Of a stretch of 64,000 bases of DNA, positions 60,903 to 64,000 are shown piece after piece (position 1 is the first letter of the stretch; the number at the start of each line of letters is the position of its first letter). This DNA comes from Basidiobolus meristosporus CBS 931.73 (Eukaryota > Fungi > Basidiobolomycota). Location of the stretch: contig MCFE01000117.1 in assembly GCA_002104905.1 (NCBI GenBank), positions 99,750 to 163,749 on the forward strand, given 5' to 3'. Position numbers and translations under genes: made by a program. The notes under the pieces were generated by a model. It was not told where the DNA came from. It ran no database searches and saw only the letters and a program-made list of their open reading frames with translations.

Positions 60903-63900
60903 TTAGGGGAGGGAAAGTCACCAAGTTGGTGAAATCTTTATTTGGGTTAAGAACTAATCTAAGTACAAATAAAGAAGCCAATTAAGAGGTCTAGAACCTC
61001 TCTAATAAGTAATCTAATTTATGTTTTGTTTCATCTCTAATGTTTGTTTCAATAAAGTAAAGCTCATCAGGGGTAAATATAAAATTCAGGGGTTTTGGGG
61101 GAAGTACAAATTGTAGATGTTTCTGATCAATATAATCCAAGACTGGAACCCAGCCTGGGATTAGGTGTAGTAGGAAAGGTGTGTGGACTTGTAAGTAGCT
61201 CTGCCACATAGATCTTAGATGGTCCTGAGCCAGTAGTCTTGGTTTCTCAGCTTTTTGAAGTTTTGAAGCAAGCTCTGTTACTACAGCAGAGCCAACCAGG
61301 GTGTGCCAGCAAGAAGATTTCAGGGAGGAGTTAGATTGAAGCCATAGTTTGATGGAGGGGTTATGTGATTTCTGAAGTTTGACTAGGAAGGAAGCCCGGA
61401 GATAGATCATTCGGATTTGGTATGGGTAGAACCCAAAGGCTCCATTAGTTGCATGGATATAGGGAGATACTGGAAGATAAGGTACCAAGGATCTGATACA
61501 CTGATGGAGAAATTTATCCAGGCGGTGAAGTTCTCTGGAGGTTAGGGGTATAATGTGGAGACCAAATTCAAGTACTGGCAGCACATACTGCTTCAGAAGT
61601 ATAGGGATCTTTTGAATTGGAGTGTCTGGAGTGACTACTACCAGAAGCTTTTTGAGAGCCTGTTGGGCAAGACGGATCCTATTATTCAGGTGGAGCTTTG
61701 AGTCAATCCCATGTTGACAAAATGGCAGACCTAGATATATTGCAGTTTGTTGTGGCAGAATGCTAGTGTTCTGTATAGTTGTAGTGCATCCAATTGGGAC
61801 TGTCTTGGAAATTGAGAGTGAGAGGTTGTTGGCAGCCAAGTACTTCTCAATGATGGCAGTGTCTGCTATGGGATTAGGAGTAGCAATCTTGATATCATCC
61901 GCATAGAGAGTTAGTAGTGGATAGGGAGAGTCTGGTGAGGGGCCTTTTGGAAATAAAGGAAAGTCATGTAGGAATATCACAAATAGTAAGGGACCTAGTA
62001 CAGATCCTTGGACTACTCCATTTGGAACCTCATAAGTCTCTGATGTGCAACTTGGATGCAAAATTTTGGCTGAGTTCTCACAAAATAGAGAACGTACAAG
62101 AAGGGTCATTGGTAGTGTGGTAACTGCTAATAGCTTTCTCCAAAGCAGAGCTCTGTCCACAGAGTCAAAGGCTTTAGTAATGTCAAACAGAATGGTTGGC
62201 AATGAGAATTGAAGTGAATGATCATGGCTTAGCACTACAGCCATATCCAAGGAGAGTTTGGGCAAGAAGCCAAACTGAGAAGGATGGAATGGATATAGTT
62301 GAGATTGCAAGGATCTTGCTATCATAAGCTCAAAGATTTTCCGGCAGGTTGGTAGGAGTGAAACTGGCCGGTAAGAACCTGGGAGTGAGTGTTTCCCCTT
62401 CCCTTTGTATAAGGGTATTACATTTGCCTGTGACCAGGCCTTTGGGGTAGTCAATTGTTGGGCACAGATAGAGTAGAATGGGAGAAGTAAGTGACTCATT
62501 TTGGAGTAGCACACCCGGAGTAGATCGTAGGTAATCAAGTCATGTCCAGGTGCAGTATTTGCAGGAAGCTTCTTTAAAATTTTCTCCAGAAGCTTTGCTG
62601 AAACCACAATTGGAGATGTTGGACTGGTGGATATGTTACCAGTATGGTAGAAAGGAGGAGTGGGATGCATGGTTGAATCAAAGAATATAGGGGCCAGTTT
62701 GTCTGGTGATGGTATACTCCTTGCTTGGGGTCTCATGGCTTTGTATACTCTTGATATGGACCTTGTGGTGGCATTCATATTTACTAAGGGCAAGGTATCC
62801 ATGATATGAGCCCATAATCTAGTATGCTCAGTGATCTGTAGTGACTTGGAGTAGGAGATTGCGCTTTCCAGGAGGTTCTGTGTTTTTGGGTTAGGGAAAC
62901 ATAGGTAGCTGGAATTTAAGGCAGAAATGATGGATTTCCATTTAAGTTGGTTTGCAGATGGCTTTTGGTAGGACTTGGTGGGCAGGGCCAGACAGCCAGT
63001 GATTATGATGAAATGCTGGTAAAATAGCCATAATGCATTTATATCATCACAAATCCATGCAGGTAAGCTGGGAAATGCATATTCTGTAAGCAAGGATAGG
63101 TAGTTGGCAAAGTCCTGTGTCTGTGATACTGAAGCTTTGGCTGGCAGGATTGTAAACGGCTGAAGAAGGGTGCCAATTGGTAGGGTTTTTCTGGCAGAAA
63201 TGATAATATGTATTGGCTTGTGATCAGATTTCTCTAGTGAACCACAGCTGATATCCTCTGGAATGCTTGTAACCTGGTGGATGTACTGTAAGGCAGCTGG
63301 AGTAGCTGTTACCCAGTCAACACAACGTTGAGCTTGCTGAGTGTTTACAGTGACCAGATGATTTTGTCGGAGGAACTTTTTAAAGTGCTCCTCTCGGGTT
63401 CTAAGTCTGGATGAAATAGTGGTGATATTTTCAGGGTGGGGGATATTTATATCTCCCACTACCATACAAGGGATTGATGAGCTGTTGATGAATTCTGATG
63501 TGGCCAAGAAAATTGCCAGTGTTATGGAGTTAGACAGAGATGGAGGGAGATAGATAATAATGGCTACTATAGTTGGAAGTGTTAGAGCATAGCAGTAATA
63601 CTCATAGATGATGGATACATTTGCTGAGGGTGCAAGCTTAGAAGATGAAAGAGCAACAAGTGCCATTGAGTGAGCTGGAAATTTTGGGTGAGCAGATGAA
63701 TATGCATTCAGTCTAGAGGGAAGTTTTGGCAACTTAACATCAATTAGTAGGAGCAAGGAATATTCCTTTTTCAGTAAGTTTTCTAATTCAGCTACAGTTG
63801 GAGTGATGGAGTTGCAATTGAGTAAGAGTATGTTCTGTAGTCAGGCAGACTCTGAGGTTGCCTGTTCCTGCTGAAACTCTTGCACTGCCCTTTGTAAATT

Positions 63901-64000
63901 TCCAGAATTATTCCACAACTCTTCAAATGGAGCTTGCGTAATGTCTTTCAGGATTCTAATTGCTTCCTCTTTCAAGAAGTAGGCCCACATCATAGGTTGG
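60903..64000 (-). mobile_element. LINE-C: second, divergent APE-RT LINE of the same group; runs off the window (ORF1 C-terminus 63841-64000)
   Basis: Has the shared 3' tail at 60903-60980. The ORF1 tail AYFLKEEAIRIL..APFEELWNNSG..SESA* matches LINE-B AYFLKNHAISLL..APFEELWDSAG..TTSA*. An apparent extra G lies near 63984. Confidence 0.9.
60991..63840 (-). CDS. LINE-C ORF2: AP endonuclease + reverse transcriptase
   Basis: The frame is open from 63840: LQNILLLNCNS, LIDV, GDINIPHP, VDW, SDH, PGHDLI, YRPVSLL, FDITKAFDSV, GVVQGSVLGPLLF, LYADDI. Confidence 0.93.
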   Translation of the reverse strand, partial: LQNILLLNCNSITPTVAELENLLKKEYSLLLLIDVKLPKLPSRLNAYSSAHPKFPAHSMALVALSSSKLAPSANVSIIYEYYCYALTLPTIVAIIIYLPPSLSNSITLAIFLATSEFINSSSIPCMVVGDINIPHPENITTISSRLRTREEHFKKFLRQNHLVTVNTQQAQRCVDWVTATPAALQYIHQVTSIPEDISCGSLEKSDHKPIHIIISARKTLPIGTLLQPFTILPAKASVSQTQDFANYLSLLTEYAFPSLPAWICDDINALWLFYQHFIIITGCLALPTKSYQKPSANQLKWKSIISALNSSYLCFPNPKTQNLLESAISYSKSLQITEHTRLWAHIMDTLPLVNMNATTRSISRVYKAMRPQARSIPSPDKLAPIFFDSTMHPTPPFYHTGNISTSPTSPIVVSAKLLEKILKKLPANTAPGHDLITYDLLRVCYSKMSHLLLPFYSICAQQLTTPKAWSQANVIPLYKGKGKHSLPGSYRPVSLLPTCRKIFELMIARSLQSQLYPFHPSQFGFLPKLSLDMAVVLSHDHSLQFSLPTILFDITKAFDSVDRALLWRKLLAVTTLPMTLLVRSLFCENSAKILHPSCTSETYEVPNGVVQGSVLGPLLFVIFLHDFPLFPKGPSPDSPYPLLTLYADDIKIATPNPIADTAIIEKYLAANNLSLSISKTVPIGCTTTIQNTSILPQQTAIYLGLPFCQHGIDSKLHLNNRIRLAQQALKKLLVVVTPDTPIQKIPILLKQYVLPVLEFGLHIIPLTSRELHRLDKFLHQCIRSLVPYLPVSPYIHATNGAFGFYPYQIRMIYLRASFLVKLQKSHNPSIKLWLQSNSSLKSSCWHTLVGSAVVTELASKLQKAEKPRLLAQDHLRSMWQSYLQVHTPFLLHLIPGWVPVLDYIDQKHLQFVLPPKPLNFIFTPDELYFIETNIRDETKHKLDYLLERF

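Noticed and set aside
54691-60980. CRISPR-like array from the recurring hairpin motif
   Set aside because: This is a eukaryotic locus with irregular spacing of 0.1-4.6 kb. The repeats are retroelement 3' ends.

Overview
Intron-rich eukaryotic DNA. The gene content (RAC1, PMT4-like, STE50-like, ~50-70 nt introns) indicates a fungus, and an early-diverging lineage is plausible but cannot be confirmed from sequence alone. The window has three zones. (1) 1-10 kb is a CpG-depleted nest of decayed transposons: Copia LTRs and gag, a Ty3/Gypsy element inserted into a CACTA-type transposase, and a ~600 bp LTR palindrome. (2) 10-50 kb holds housekeeping genes: RING/TRAF protein, ELF1, truncated RAC1, frameshifted RPS9, SPT small subunit, KU70, STE50-like, Sel1-repeat protein, SKI3, PMT4-like, NVJ2-like, ABHD11-like, NOC4 and a GRAM/VASt sterol transporter. 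(3) 53-64 kb is a Copia 5' end broken by a head-to-tail chain of five minus-strand non-LTR retroelements: an ORF1-only element, a tRNA-headed SINE, a complete APE-RT LINE, a SINE 3' fragment and a second divergent LINE. All five share a 3' tail (GGCTTCTTT...AATAAAGATTTCACC-loop-GGTGA...CCCCTAA), and every junction reads TTAGG on the + strand. Both LINEs have ORF1 and ORF2 in one frame separated only by TGA-CTA. LINE-B has no CpG over ~4.3 kb yet keeps open ORFs. This possibly telomeric-repeat-primed LINE/SINE set is the strongest candidate for an undescribed system. Its mechanism is inferred, not shown.
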